A DNA stretch of 64,000 nt from an uncultured delta proteobacterium. Lineage in GTDB: Bacteria; Desulfobacterota; Desulfobacteria; Desulfobacterales; JAFDCJ01. Shown here in pieces: positions 1 through 9,996 of this stretch. Position 1 is the first letter of the stretch; the number at the start of each line of letters is the position of its first letter. The stretch covers positions 160,001 to 224,000 of the forward strand of contig CAVYNY010000007.1 of the NCBI GenBank assembly GCA_963769935.1, read 5' to 3'. The notes beneath the pieces were generated by a model, which saw only the letters and a program-made list of their open reading frames with translations, did no database searches and was not told where the DNA came from. A program made the translations under genes and the position numbers.

Positions 1-1
1 C

Positions 2-976
2 GACACTCTCCGGATCTGGATCAACCTGAAGCGGTCCGCCAAGACGAATCTGGTGGTTGATCACGATACTTTTTTACTGAATGCATCGCCGGCGGTGAAC
101 CTATTCAAACGACTTGCCGAACCCATTCGAGTCGAACAGCACAAAACAGAGTATCAGGTGGTGGCGGACGTCCGCCGGCCGCATGCCACCGAAGTATTCA
201 GCGTCGATCAGGTTAAGGCAACTTCACTAGGGTCCCCCGGCAAAGAAATCCAATACAAACCGTTCTACTCCATTCGCCATCATCTGGAAAAAGAAGATAC
301 CCGTGAACACCGTGCGTTTTGGCATTTGCAGCGGCAGGCATCGCACCGCAGCGATGTCGGCGGCACCGAGGTCTTTCTGGCCTTCACCGGATCGGACTTC
401 AAACCGCTGGATCCCGGCGTGGAGATTCTGACCGTTCACACCACCTGCACCAATCGGGACCTGCCGGCCCGCTTGCCATTCGGCGATCCGGCCGGTGATT
501 TTGACCTGGAGGTTGAAGCCCCGGTCGCGCACATCGACTGTTTAATCAAACCGACCCCAACCCGCCGGCCGTTTCTGGGCGGGGAGCTGCAGTGGCGACT
601 GATATCGCATCTGTCCTTAAACTACATGTCGCTGGTACAGGGCGGAGAAACGGCGCTCAAGGAAATCCTGAAACTTTACGATTTCGACAACTCGCCTTCC
701 ACCCGCCAGCAGATAGACGGCATCGTTTCGCTGGCTTCCCAACACGTCACCAAACGCCTCGGACAGTCCTTCTGTCGCGGTGTTCAGGTTACCGTCGAGT
801 TTGACGAGGATAAATATGTGGGGGCGGGTCTGTATTTGTTTGCGAGCATCCTGGAAAGATTCCTGGCCCAGTACGTTTCGGTCAACTCCTTTTCTCAAAT
901 GGTCGCTAAAACCATTCAGCAAAAGGAAATTTTGAAAAAGTGGATACCAAGAAGCGGCAATCAGGAACTCCTCTAA
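2..976 (+). CDS. tssF: T6SS baseplate subunit TssF (5' end outside the window)
   Basis: Frame is open from position 2. Shows the TssF C-terminal motifs PAVNLF, TCTNRDLP, WRLISHLSLNY and LERFLAQYVSVNSF, and lies directly upstream of tssG. Confidence 0.95.
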   Translation, partial: DTLRIWINLKRSAKTNLVVDHDTFLLNASPAVNLFKRLAEPIRVEQHKTEYQVVADVRRPHATEVFSVDQVKATSLGSPGKEIQYKPFYSIRHHLEKEDTREHRAFWHLQRQASHRSDVGGTEVFLAFTGSDFKPLDPGVEILTVHTTCTNRDLPARLPFGDPAGDFDLEVEAPVAHIDCLIKPTPTRRPFLGGELQWRLISHLSLNYMSLVQGGETALKEILKLYDFDNSPSTRQQIDGIVSLASQHVTKRLGQSFCRGVQVTVEFDEDKYVGAGLYLFASILERFLAQYVSVNSFSQMVAKTIQQKEILKKWIPRSGNQELL

Positions 977-1962
977 AAGACCGCCTTTTTGAGGAGCATT
1001 ACAAGTTTTCCTTCTTCAAGGCCGTCAGCCTGCTGGAATCCCTTTTTCCGGATAAAAACCCCCTGGGGCAAACCCTGGAGCCGGATAAGGAAGCGTTGCG
1101 GTTTTCCGTCAAACCCGGCCTGGCTTTTCCCGCCAGCGACATCTCGGGACTGGAGCAGAGCCCCGACGGCGGTCCTGCGAAGATGGAAGTGACTTTTATG
1201 GGATTGATCGGACCAGCGGGGGTCTTGCCCCACTGGTACACCGAGCTGGTGGTTGACAGAATCTGGAAAAAAGATCATAGCCTGGCCGGTTTTCTGAACA
1301 TCTTTCATCATCGCTTGATTTCTTTATTTTATCTGGCCTGGAAGAAATATCGCTTTGAAGCCAGCTACCTGCCGGAGGCCCGCGACCGGCTTTCGCACTT
1401 TATCCTGAGCCTGGCAGGACTGGGCACTCCGGGGCTGATCGAAAGGATCGGCCTGCCGGCCGAGTCCCTGGCATTTTACAGCGGACTTCTGTCGCGGTCC
1501 ATTCCCTCCGCCCTGGCCATCGCGTCGGCGGTGGAATATTTTGCCGGCACGGATGTAACCATCGAGCAGTTCATCGAACGCATGCTCCCGATAAGTCCTG
1601 AAGACCAAACCCGATTGGGAGCGGCCAACAGTTATCTGGGCGTCGACGCCGTCTGCGGAGCCTTTATCCGGGAATGCGCGACGAAGTTTCGAATTAACCT
1701 GGGTCCTGTGGGCTATGAAGATTTTTTGCGTTTCCTGCCCACCGGCGATCTGCTGCATCCCATCTTTTCCCTCGTGCGCTGTATGGTCGGGATAGAATAC
1801 GAGTTCGAAATAAAGGTTTTCCTCAAACTTGAGGAGGTACCCCCCTGCATCCTGGGGGCGGACATCCCGACTGCACCGCGGCTGGGCTGGTCGACATGGG
1901 TAAAATCGCCGGAGGCAATCCATGCGGAGAATCCGGCGATCACCTTTGGGGAACAAGTTTAA
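940..1962 (+). CDS. tssG: T6SS baseplate subunit TssG
   Basis: Motifs FSFFKAV, LAFPASDI, FMGLIGPAGVLPHWYT, FHHRLISLFYLAW and C-terminal RLGWSTW. Overlaps the end of tssF. Confidence 0.95.
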   Translation: MDTKKRQSGTPLKDRLFEEHYKFSFFKAVSLLESLFPDKNPLGQTLEPDKEALRFSVKPGLAFPASDISGLEQSPDGGPAKMEVTFMGLIGPAGVLPHWYTELVVDRIWKKDHSLAGFLNIFHHRLISLFYLAWKKYRFEASYLPEARDRLSHFILSLAGLGTPGLIERIGLPAESLAFYSGLLSRSIPSALAIASAVEYFAGTDVTIEQFIERMLPISPEDQTRLGAANSYLGVDAVCGAFIRECATKFRINLGPVGYEDFLRFLPTGDLLHPIFSLVRCMVGIEYEFEIKVFLKLEEVPPCILGADIPTAPRLGWSTWVKSPEAIHAENPAITFGEQV

Positions 1963-1985
1963 CAGCTAAATAGGGGAGTATCGCC

Positions 1986-4628
1986 ATGCCAAGTTCAAAT
2001 CTTAAATCCCTGATCGGAAAACTCAACGATACCTGCCGCCGGGCCTTGGAATCGGCTGCCGGTCTGTGCCTGTCGCAAACCCATTACGAGGTCGACCTCG
2101 AGCATTTCCTGATCAAGCTGCTGGAGATCCCGCAGACGGACTTTCAGCAAATCCTGCGCTATTTCGAGATCAATCAGGACCGCATGACAGCCGACCTTAC
2201 CCGGGCCATGGAGGGTTTCAAGACCGGCAATGCCCGCACGCCGGCTCTGTCACCGCGAATTCCGCGTATGGTGCAGGAAGCCTGGCTGCTGGCCTCCATC
2301 GATTATCAGGCAGCCAGTGTCCGTTCCGGGCACATTCTGCTGGCGCTGATGAGCAGCGACGAATCGGCCCGTATGTTGACCGAGAGCTCACCGGGCTTCA
2401 AACAGATTTCGGTGGAGAAACTGCGCGAGAATCTGCCTGACCTCATTGCCGGTTCAGAAGAAGACAAGGCGGCCGGGTCGACACCTGCTGCCGGGAGGGT
2501 ACCGGGTCAAAAAATGGCCCCGGCAGGCACCAAGGCCCTGGACCAGTTTACCATCAACCTCACCGATCGCGCCCGCAAAGGGGAGATTGATCCGGTGCTT
2601 GGCCGGGATGACGAGATTCGACAGATGGTGGACATCTTGATCCGGCGGCGGCAGAACAACCCCATTCTGACCGGTGAGGCCGGGGTGGGAAAAACCGCCG
2701 TGGTGGAGGGGTTTGCCCTGCGCATTACCCAGGGGGATGTCCCGCCGCCCCTGCAAAATGTTGAGGTCCGCACCCTTGACCTGGGATTGCTCCAGGCCGG
2801 CGCCGGCATCAAAGGGGAGTTTGAAAACCGGCTCAAGTCGGTCATCGAAGAGGTCAAGGCCTCGCCCATACCGGTTGTCCTCTTTATCGATGAGGCGCAC
2901 ACCATGATCGGCGCCGGCGGCGCCGCCGGCTCCGGCGATGCCGCCAACCTGCTTAAACCCGCCCTGGCGCGCGGCGAACTGCGCACGATTGCGGCCACTA
3001 CCTGGTCGGAATACAAAAAATACTTTGAAAAGGACGCGGCCCTGGCCCGCCGCTTCCAGGTGGTCAAGATTGATGAGCCCGACGAGGGCAAGGCCGTGAT
3101 GATGATGCGCGCCATCGCTCCGTTCCTGGAAAACCACCATGGGGTAATGATCACCGACGACGCCCTGCAGGATTCGGTCCGATTGTCCCACCGCTATCTG
3201 ACGGCCCGGCAGCTGCCGGACAAATCCGTCAGTGTGCTGGACACGGCCTGTGCCCGGGTGGCCATTGGACTGAGCGCCACCCCGCCGGCCGTGGAGGCCG
3301 CCGGCCGCCGCATCGGTGAAATCGAGCGGGAAATGAAAATCCTGCAAAGAGAAGCATTGATCGGAAAAGATCATGCCGAACGCCTGGCCGCACTTGAAAA
3401 AGAAAAAGAAACGACCCGCGAGGAAGTTGAAGCCTTAACCCAAAGGTGGCAGTCGGAAATGGACGTCGCCAACCGCATCCAGGCGGTTCGCAAAGAGATC
3501 CAGGAAATTTCCGAGAGTGAATCACCCGATTCGGCGCTGCTGTCGGAAAAACAGGCGGCCTTGAAAGATCTGGAAAAGGAGCTGGCAACCGTGCAGGGCG
3601 ACCCGCCCCTGGTGCAGCTGGCCGTGGATTCGGATATCATCTCCGAGGTGATATCCGGCTGGACCGGCATCCCGACGGGCCGCATGCTGACCGATGAGAT
3701 CGACACGGTTTTGAATATGGAGAAGTTTTTGGCCGAACGCATTATCGGTCAGGACCACGCCCTGGCAGCCGTGGCCCAGATGATTCAGACCGCCCATGCC
3801 GGCATCGAAGATCCGTCCAAGCCCACGGCCGTGTTTATGTTCGTCGGTCCGAGCGGCGTCGGCAAAACCGAAACCGCGCTGGCGCTTTCCGAGCTGCTTT
3901 ACGGCGGCGAGCAGAACCTTGTGACCATCAACATGTCCGAATACCAGGAGGCTCACACGGTCTCCGGTCTGAAGGGGTCACCTCCCGGCTATGTGGGTTA
4001 CGGCGAGGGCGGGGTGCTCACCGAAGCGGTGCGCCGGCGGCCATACAGCGTGGTTCTGCTCGACGAAGTGGAAAAAGCCCACCCCGACGTGATGGAACTT
4101 TTCTACCAGGTGTTTGACAAGGGCCGGCTGGAAGACGGCGAAGGCCGCCAGATCGATTTTAAGAACACGGTCATTATTCTCACCTCCAACCTGGGGACCG
4201 ACACCATAATGAAAGTCTGCGCCGACGAGGAGACCATGCCCGATGCACCCGCCCTGGCCGAAATGCTGCGCCCTGAGCTGCTGAAGCACTTCAAGCCGGC
4301 TTTCATGGGCCGCCTTAAGGTAGTCCCTTATTATCCGATCAGCGATCAGGTGATGCGTCTGATCGTCCGGCTCAAGCTGGACCGCATTGCCAAGCGGATG
4401 CATCAAAACCGTAATGTCGCATTCATCTACGACCAGGAGCTGATCGATTCCGTCGCCGCGCGCTGCACGGAAGTAGAAAGCGGCGCAAGGAATGTCGATC
4501 ATATTCTGACGAATACGCTCCTGCCTGAATTGAGCCGGGAATTGTTGAGTCGAATGGCGGCCGAGGAACAGATCAAGCAGGTCCATGTCGGAATGGACGG
4601 GGAGGGGTTTAAATACGAAATTACTTAA
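1986..4628 (+). CDS. clpV: T6SS AAA+ ATPase ClpV/TssH
   Basis: Two AAA modules: Walker A GEAGVGKT and GPSGVGKT, Walker B FIDEAH and LLDEVEKAH. N-terminus is ClpV-like (LIGKLNDTCRRALESAAGLC). SD GGGGAG upstream. Confidence 0.97.
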   Translation: MPSSNLKSLIGKLNDTCRRALESAAGLCLSQTHYEVDLEHFLIKLLEIPQTDFQQILRYFEINQDRMTADLTRAMEGFKTGNARTPALSPRIPRMVQEAWLLASIDYQAASVRSGHILLALMSSDESARMLTESSPGFKQISVEKLRENLPDLIAGSEEDKAAGSTPAAGRVPGQKMAPAGTKALDQFTINLTDRARKGEIDPVLGRDDEIRQMVDILIRRRQNNPILTGEAGVGKTAVVEGFALRITQGDVPPPLQNVEVRTLDLGLLQAGAGIKGEFENRLKSVIEEVKASPIPVVLFIDEAHTMIGAGGAAGSGDAANLLKPALARGELRTIAATTWSEYKKYFEKDAALARRFQVVKIDEPDEGKAVMMMRAIAPFLENHHGVMITDDALQDSVRLSHRYLTARQLPDKSVSVLDTACARVAIGLSATPPAVEAAGRRIGEIEREMKILQREALIGKDHAERLAALEKEKETTREEVEALTQRWQSEMDVANRIQAVRKEIQEISESESPDSALLSEKQAALKDLEKELATVQGDPPLVQLAVDSDIISEVISGWTGIPTGRMLTDEIDTVLNMEKFLAERIIGQDHALAAVAQMIQTAHAGIEDPSKPTAVFMFVGPSGVGKTETALALSELLYGGEQNLVTINMSEYQEAHTVSGLKGSPPGYVGYGEGGVLTEAVRRRPYSVVLLDEVEKAHPDVMELFYQVFDKGRLEDGEGRQIDFKNTVIILTSNLGTDTIMKVCADEETMPDAPALAEMLRPELLKHFKPAFMGRLKVVPYYPISDQVMRLIVRLKLDRIAKRMHQNRNVAFIYDQELIDSVAARCTEVESGARNVDHILTNTLLPELSRELLSRMAAEEQIKQVHVGMDGEGFKYEIT

Positions 4629-4830
4629 CTGGTAAGCTGTTAAGCTGGTGAGTTCGTAAGCTGATAAGCTCGTAAGTTGGTGAGCTGATAAGCTCATAAG
4701 TTGGTAAGCTCAATAGACTAACCTTTCATCTGCGGATGATATTCATTTTTTGGCTTACCAGATCAACAGCTTACCGGCTTAATAGCTTTGTTGCACAACA
4801 GCTTTCCTGCTCAATAGCTTTCCTGACAAC
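4626..4830. repeat. Imperfect 8-bp tandem array with an inverted second arm
   Basis: About 10 units like taagctgg/taagctcg/tgagctga at 4626-4712. Complementary units (cttaccag, cagcttac, tagcttt) at about 4753-4830. Confidence 0.75.
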
Positions 4831-4850
4831 TCATCGGCAAAACAAGAGAT

Positions 4851-5669
4851 ATGCACATGACTCGATACCAGACCGCTTCTATCGGCCGGAGAACACACTG
4901 CACCGTCTGCAGCAGGCCGCTGTCATTTCACCAGCAGTGGGCCGGCGAAATCTGCGATGACTGGCGCTGCCGCTGGACCAGGCTCGACCGAGAGATAAAA
5001 GCCCATCGGCGGGAGGCGGCTCGTGAGGTCGGTGTGAAGCAGCCGGAGGTCTTCCGCCCCCTGGTGGTGCCGCATCGTCCGGGCGTCATCGAAGACTTGC
5101 CCGCCAAGCGTCAGGAGGATCATCTGAAATTCCTTATTGAGTTAGTGAGGATGACAGCGCAAAACGGAGTCGGCGGCGAGAAATCAAGCAGCGACCGACC
5201 GCATCCGGACAGCGGACCTCGGGCAGCACTGGCCGTTGCCGTGTGCGCGGTCTGTGCGGGTGCCTGCTGCCACCGGGCCGGCGACTACGCATTTCTCGAC
5301 GCGGCGGCCATTGCCCGCTTCCCGGCCCCGAATGGCATTTTGGATCCTGCGAACATTGCAGATACTTATGCTGCCCATTTGCCTGCCCGGTCTTATGCCG
5401 GCTCCTGCGTTTACCATACCTTTGCCGGCTGCGACTTGCCCCGATCCCTGCGGGCCGATATCTGCAATGCCTACCGCTGCAGCGGTTTGAAGCAGGCGGA
5501 AGGCTGGGCTCGCAGCGACGGCACCACCCATGTCTACGTGGTGGTGCGCGAGGACAACAGGATCAAGCGAAGCGCTTTTGTTCAACCTGAAAAAATCCGG
5601 CACTATCCCCCGACGGATGACTTACCGGGATCAGAACGACCGCCATATATAAAACTAATGCGGCGATAA
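4851..5669 (+). CDS. Cysteine-rich hypothetical protein (N-terminal Cys motif plus YkgJ-like CxxCxxxCC cluster)
   Basis: CTVC...CDDWRC at the N-terminus; CAVCAGACC...CVYH...GCDL...CNAYRC in the C-terminal half. Confidence 0.6.
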   Translation: MHMTRYQTASIGRRTHCTVCSRPLSFHQQWAGEICDDWRCRWTRLDREIKAHRREAAREVGVKQPEVFRPLVVPHRPGVIEDLPAKRQEDHLKFLIELVRMTAQNGVGGEKSSSDRPHPDSGPRAALAVAVCAVCAGACCHRAGDYAFLDAAAIARFPAPNGILDPANIADTYAAHLPARSYAGSCVYHTFAGCDLPRSLRADICNAYRCSGLKQAEGWARSDGTTHVYVVVREDNRIKRSAFVQPEKIRHYPPTDDLPGSERPPYIKLMRR

Positions 5670-5818
5670 TTACCTAGAAATGGCTTGTTACTATTTAAAT
5701 GTAGTATTCACCGCAGAGTCGCAGAGAACGCGAAGCTTTCATTTTTTCATTAAAACTGAAATTAGGTAGCTGTTCTTTGGACGTAAGATGCATTTTTAGA
5801 TAGCTAAGGTTTTTTCCC

Positions 5819-7189
5819 GTGAACGAGCGCCATCGAGATCCGAAAGAAGATACCTTGGAATTGCCGGCCGAGCTGACCGTGGACCAGGCCATCGAGCTGG
5901 CCAAGGGATTCCAGCAGCGGCTCGCGCTGGAAGAGGCCGAGACGATCTACCGGCGGATTCTGACCTACTTGCCCAAACACCCGGATGTCCTGCATTTTTT
6001 AGGACTGCTGCAGTATCAGCGCGGCCGGCCGGAAGAGGCCGTGCGCCTCATTTCAGAGGCCATTCGGATTGCTCCCGATTATGTCGACGCCCACAACAAC
6101 CTGGGCAATATCCACCGTGAACAGGAGCGTCTGAATGACGCCGAGACCTGCTACCGGCGGACGATCGAGCTGAATCCCCAAAATGCCGGAGCACACAACA
6201 ATCTGGGAACCGTCCTGCGCGCGAAGGGACTGCTCTCCGAGGCCGAGGCAAGCTATCGGAAAGCGATCGAGCTTGTGCCGAATTTTCCCAATCCCTTCGT
6301 AAACCTGGGCAACCTGCTGAGCCGGCAGGGGAGGGTAGCCGAGGCCGTGGCCCATTACAGCCAGGCCATCGTTTTGAATCCGGACCATTCGGGCTGTGAG
6401 AAAATGCTGGGTATTGCACTATCCTGCCTCGGCCGGGTGGAGGAGGCAGCCGACGTCTTCAGGGAGTGGGCCGCGAAAGAGCCGGACAATCCGGTGGCGC
6501 AGCACTTGCTCACTGCCTGCTCGGGGAAAGATGTCCCGCAGCGCGCGGCCGACGCTTATGTCAGGCAGGTGTTCGACAACTTCGCAGAGCATTTCGAAGA
6601 ACGGTTGGAAAGCCTGGAATACCAGGCACCGGAGTTGGTCGCCCGGGCCGTCGCCGAAATTTACCCGGAGCCGGCCGGCGATCTCGATATTCTCGACGCC
6701 GGCTGTGGGACCGGATTTTGCGGCCGACTGCTGCATCCTTATGCCGGCCGGCTGGAAGGTGTGGATCTGTCCCCAGGGATGCTGGCACGGGCCCGATCGA
6801 CCGGGTGCTACGATGCCCTGGAGGAGGCGGAGCTGACGGAATTCATAAGCTCCCGCAAGGATGCCTATGACATAATCGTGTCGGCCGATACGCTGTGCTA
6901 TTTCGGTGACCTCAGAGCGGTCATGGCCGCCGTGGCAACGGCCGTGCGCCCCGGCGGATTTTTCATATTCACCGTCGAACGCGGTGAGGAAGGCGATGAC
7001 ACCATGCCTGCCGGCTTCCGTCTCAATCCGTTAGGCCGATATAGCCACCAGGAGAGCTATGTCCGTCGCACCGTGGCTGAAGCCGGCCTGAAGTTGTTGA
7101 CTTTAACGCGCGAAGTATTGCGGCAGGAGATGGGGGCGCCGGTCGCCGGGTTGATCGTAACGGCTGAGGTGCGCGGTGCAAACCGTTAG
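5819..7189 (+). CDS. TPR-repeat class I SAM methyltransferase (COG4976-like)
   Basis: Multiple TPRs (AHNNLG..), then YVRQVFDNFA..F, motif I LDAGCGTG, GVDLS, SADTLCYFG and GRYSH. Confidence 0.9.
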   Translation: MNERHRDPKEDTLELPAELTVDQAIELAKGFQQRLALEEAETIYRRILTYLPKHPDVLHFLGLLQYQRGRPEEAVRLISEAIRIAPDYVDAHNNLGNIHREQERLNDAETCYRRTIELNPQNAGAHNNLGTVLRAKGLLSEAEASYRKAIELVPNFPNPFVNLGNLLSRQGRVAEAVAHYSQAIVLNPDHSGCEKMLGIALSCLGRVEEAADVFREWAAKEPDNPVAQHLLTACSGKDVPQRAADAYVRQVFDNFAEHFEERLESLEYQAPELVARAVAEIYPEPAGDLDILDAGCGTGFCGRLLHPYAGRLEGVDLSPGMLARARSTGCYDALEEAELTEFISSRKDAYDIIVSADTLCYFGDLRAVMAAVATAVRPGGFFIFTVERGEEGDDTMPAGFRLNPLGRYSHQESYVRRTVAEAGLKLLTLTREVLRQEMGAPVAGLIVTAEVRGANR

Positions 7190-7251
7190 TGTTTAGGGAT
7201 TCGCAGACAGGCGTGCATGTTGTGAGTTGTTAGTTGTCAGTTGGAAAAAAT

Positions 7252-8703
7252 ATGGAAATCTCGCAGAAGAATAAAGCAGGCAATACCAAAGCCCGGCACG
7301 CGGCTGCTGCGGCGTCAGGGCAAGTGATCCTTACCGCCGATGAAGCCCTGGAGGTTGCGCTTCAACTCCATCGGCACGGATCTTTGGACCCGGCGGAGAA
7401 TCTTTACCGGAAAGTTATCGCCGCCGCACCCGAAAACCTGAACGCCTTGCACTACCTGGGTGTTCTCTGTCATCAGCAGAATCGGCATGCCGAAGCAGCC
7501 GAATCGATCCAGCGCATCATTGACCTCGATCCGCAGAATGCCGACGCCCACAACAATCTGGGCAACGTACTGGAAGGACTGGGAAGATATTCCGATGCCG
7601 AGGCCTGCTACAGAAGGGCGATCGCTCTTCAGCCCGGCCATGACCCGGCCTGCAACAACCTGGGCGTCATCCTGATGGCCCAAAGGAAAGTCGCCGAGGC
7701 CTTGGATGCCTATCGCCGGGCGGTTGCGCTGGCGCCGGAGTCAGCCGACTACCGCTATAACATGGGCAATGCGCTGCGCAAGTCAGGGGATATCGAAGAA
7801 GCTGCCGACGCCTATCGGAAAGCCGTCGATTTGAATCCCGATCACACCGGGGCGCGCCAGGGACTTGCCCGGACCCTGCTCGCAGCCGGCCGGCGTGATG
7901 AAGCCGCTGAAGTTTTCGAGGAATGGCTGCGCAAGGAGCCGGGCAACCCGGCTATCCTCTACCTGCAGGCGGCCTGTCTGGGGAAAGGGGCGCCGGATCG
8001 GGCGCCGGATGCCTATATCCAGCAGGTTTTCGACGACCTGGCCGACAGTTTCGACGCCCACTTGGTCAATAACCTCGACTACCGGGCTCCGGGCCTTGTT
8101 GCTGAGGCCCTCGCGGCGGTGCTCCCTCCGCCGAATGCCAACCTCGACATCCTGGATGCGGGATGCGGCACCGGCCTTTGCGGTCCGCTCCTCCGGCCTT
8201 ACGCCCGTAGATTCGTGGGCGTCGACCTGTCCGCAAAAATGCTGACCAAGGCTGCCGGCCGCAAGACATACGATAATCTGGTAAAATACGAACTGACCGA
8301 ATTTTTAGGTCATCAAAACGAAGCCTTCGACGTCATCGCGTCAGCGGATACCCTCTGCTACTTCGGCACCCTGGGGCCCATTTTGCAGGCCGCCGCCAAA
8401 GCCTTGAAGCCGGGCGGTCTCTTGGCCTTCACGCTCGAGGATGTTGGGAATGGGGCATCAGAATTCAAACTCAATCCGCATGGACGATATTCACACAACA
8501 GGTCATATGTGGAGAGCGCTTTGAATGAATCAGGGCTTGCCGTCACTTCGTTTATGTCCGTGGTTTTGCGAAATGAGGGCAAGCAACCGGTGGCGGGGCA
8601 TCTGGTAGTGGTCAGGAAGTTTGAGAAGAATAAGGAGGTAATGGGTAAAGGCACCAGCTTCTCTACCCAAGGAGGGACATCATGGCTGCCAAACAGGATG
8701 TAA
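7252..8703 (+). CDS. TPR-repeat class I SAM methyltransferase, tandem paralogue
   Basis: Same architecture as 5819-7189 (LDAGCGTG, SADTLCYFG, GRYSH). ATG at 7252 chosen as start. Confidence 0.9.
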   Translation: MEISQKNKAGNTKARHAAAAASGQVILTADEALEVALQLHRHGSLDPAENLYRKVIAAAPENLNALHYLGVLCHQQNRHAEAAESIQRIIDLDPQNADAHNNLGNVLEGLGRYSDAEACYRRAIALQPGHDPACNNLGVILMAQRKVAEALDAYRRAVALAPESADYRYNMGNALRKSGDIEEAADAYRKAVDLNPDHTGARQGLARTLLAAGRRDEAAEVFEEWLRKEPGNPAILYLQAACLGKGAPDRAPDAYIQQVFDDLADSFDAHLVNNLDYRAPGLVAEALAAVLPPPNANLDILDAGCGTGLCGPLLRPYARRFVGVDLSAKMLTKAAGRKTYDNLVKYELTEFLGHQNEAFDVIASADTLCYFGTLGPILQAAAKALKPGGLLAFTLEDVGNGASEFKLNPHGRYSHNRSYVESALNESGLAVTSFMSVVLRNEGKQPVAGHLVVVRKFEKNKEVMGKGTSFSTQGGTSWLPNRM

Positions 8704-9620
8704 TAGACTACGTAAATGACAAGTTTAAGACCAGAGCCGGTTTACTTGACGCACTTCTTTCAATGTTGAACGCATGTGATGACCAGGGAATGGTTCAGCA
8801 TTTGAGAAAGGCCTACATCGACAACAATCCGGACGTTGAATTTACGGAGAATGATGAGGTCGCATCAGGCGCCAACTATGATTCGAACAACAACAAGATC
8901 ACCATAAAACCCGGTGGCAGCAACCTCGACCTGGCCGACAATCTGATCTTCGAGTCGTTTAACTGCACCCATCGCCAAGACTATAAGGATCTTAGCAGTC
9001 GCTTCAACCGGAATACTTTTCCTCCGATGCTCTTTCTAGACTACGGCAAAGAGATGTCCCGGATAGAAGGGATGGTTGTTTATAAATATGTATCACTGCT
9101 GCGCGAGATCCAGAAGAACATATCTCAGGATGCGCCGTTAACTAATGGCGCCCGTCGGGCCCTTCGATCGAACGCCGAAGTGTCTCATGAAGCACAGTTA
9201 ATCGCACGCATGCAGTGGACACCTCACGACCCCAGCGGAACCGGCGACTGGCGCTTTCCGACCCCGGAACACTACGCATTCCGCAAGGTGATGGCATTGA
9301 CCGTGAGCCAAGCCTGGTATCGGATCAAGTATCTAATTGTAATGAGTGGGGGAGGGAACGCCATCGGACACTACAATACTTTGGACTACAACATGAGACT
9401 CCAGAAATGGTTTCAAGGAATATGGTCTAACCTTCAAAATGAATCAAAGCCGACAGCGTTTATAGAGACCTGCGAAGAAGCCAACCGGGTCTTCAAAAAA
9501 AAGATGGGGGCCAATTGGCGAGAAATAACGCTGGCGGACTATCAGTTTTCAACCGCATTGGAGTTGGAAGCGCGGAGGCTGCAAAAGCGCACCTCCCTCA
9601 CCAAGGCACCCGATGTATAG
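8682..9620 (+). CDS. Hypothetical protein, possible T6SS-associated effector
   Basis: 312-aa ORF with SD GGAGG, overlapping the upstream gene. No family recognised with confidence. Confidence 0.7.
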   Translation: MAAKQDVIDYVNDKFKTRAGLLDALLSMLNACDDQGMVQHLRKAYIDNNPDVEFTENDEVASGANYDSNNNKITIKPGGSNLDLADNLIFESFNCTHRQDYKDLSSRFNRNTFPPMLFLDYGKEMSRIEGMVVYKYVSLLREIQKNISQDAPLTNGARRALRSNAEVSHEAQLIARMQWTPHDPSGTGDWRFPTPEHYAFRKVMALTVSQAWYRIKYLIVMSGGGNAIGHYNTLDYNMRLQKWFQGIWSNLQNESKPTAFIETCEEANRVFKKKMGANWREITLADYQFSTALELEARRLQKRTSLTKAPDV

Positions 9621-9712
9621 TGGGATTATGTGCAATCAATAACTGGAGATAACTCGTTCGAATTAATACGAGACGGAATTTATTATCATGCTTTAATCTG
9701 GAGTCTGCTAAA

Positions 9713-9964
9713 ATGAAATTCGGATTAATTGATGCCTGCGATCTCGTCGGTTTTCCCTATGCCCACGGGAGCGCCTTTCAGGAGGTAGCAGACAGCACCA
9801 ATAACATTATTTTATCGCGGGCGCCCGGCATTTATGCCACGGGACTTATCGAAGAGAACTATAGTGTCTTTATTCGTGTTGCCCACCAGTCTAACTATGT
9901 GACCATCGTCAACCCGGCCTGGAGTGGTGATATCATCGCCGCCCATAAAGCCATAGGGTATTAA
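9713..9964 (+). pseudogene. Internally deleted ExoY/edema-factor-like nucleotidyl cyclase toxin remnant
   Basis: GFPYAHGSAFQEVADSTNNIILSRAPGIYATGLIEENY resembles the start of the EF/CyaA/ExoY catalytic domain (G..HA.AF..A...N..I..R.....AT.LI..G). The expected TKG..K.KS loop is absent. The ORF ends in an FI......Y....NP.W-type tail. Confidence 0.6.
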
Positions 9965-9996
9965 AGCCGGAATTATGATTGGAAATGAGGTTCAAA

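Noticed and set aside
2454..3374. Long antisense ORFs opposite clpV and other genes (e.g. 48113-48886, 55324-56103)
   Set aside because: Shadow frames of well-supported sense genes, with no recognisable motifs.
4626..4712. 8-bp array as CRISPR or coding sequence (ORFs 3978-4697 and 4736-4960)
   Set aside because: No spacers; the translations are low-complexity by-products of the repeat.
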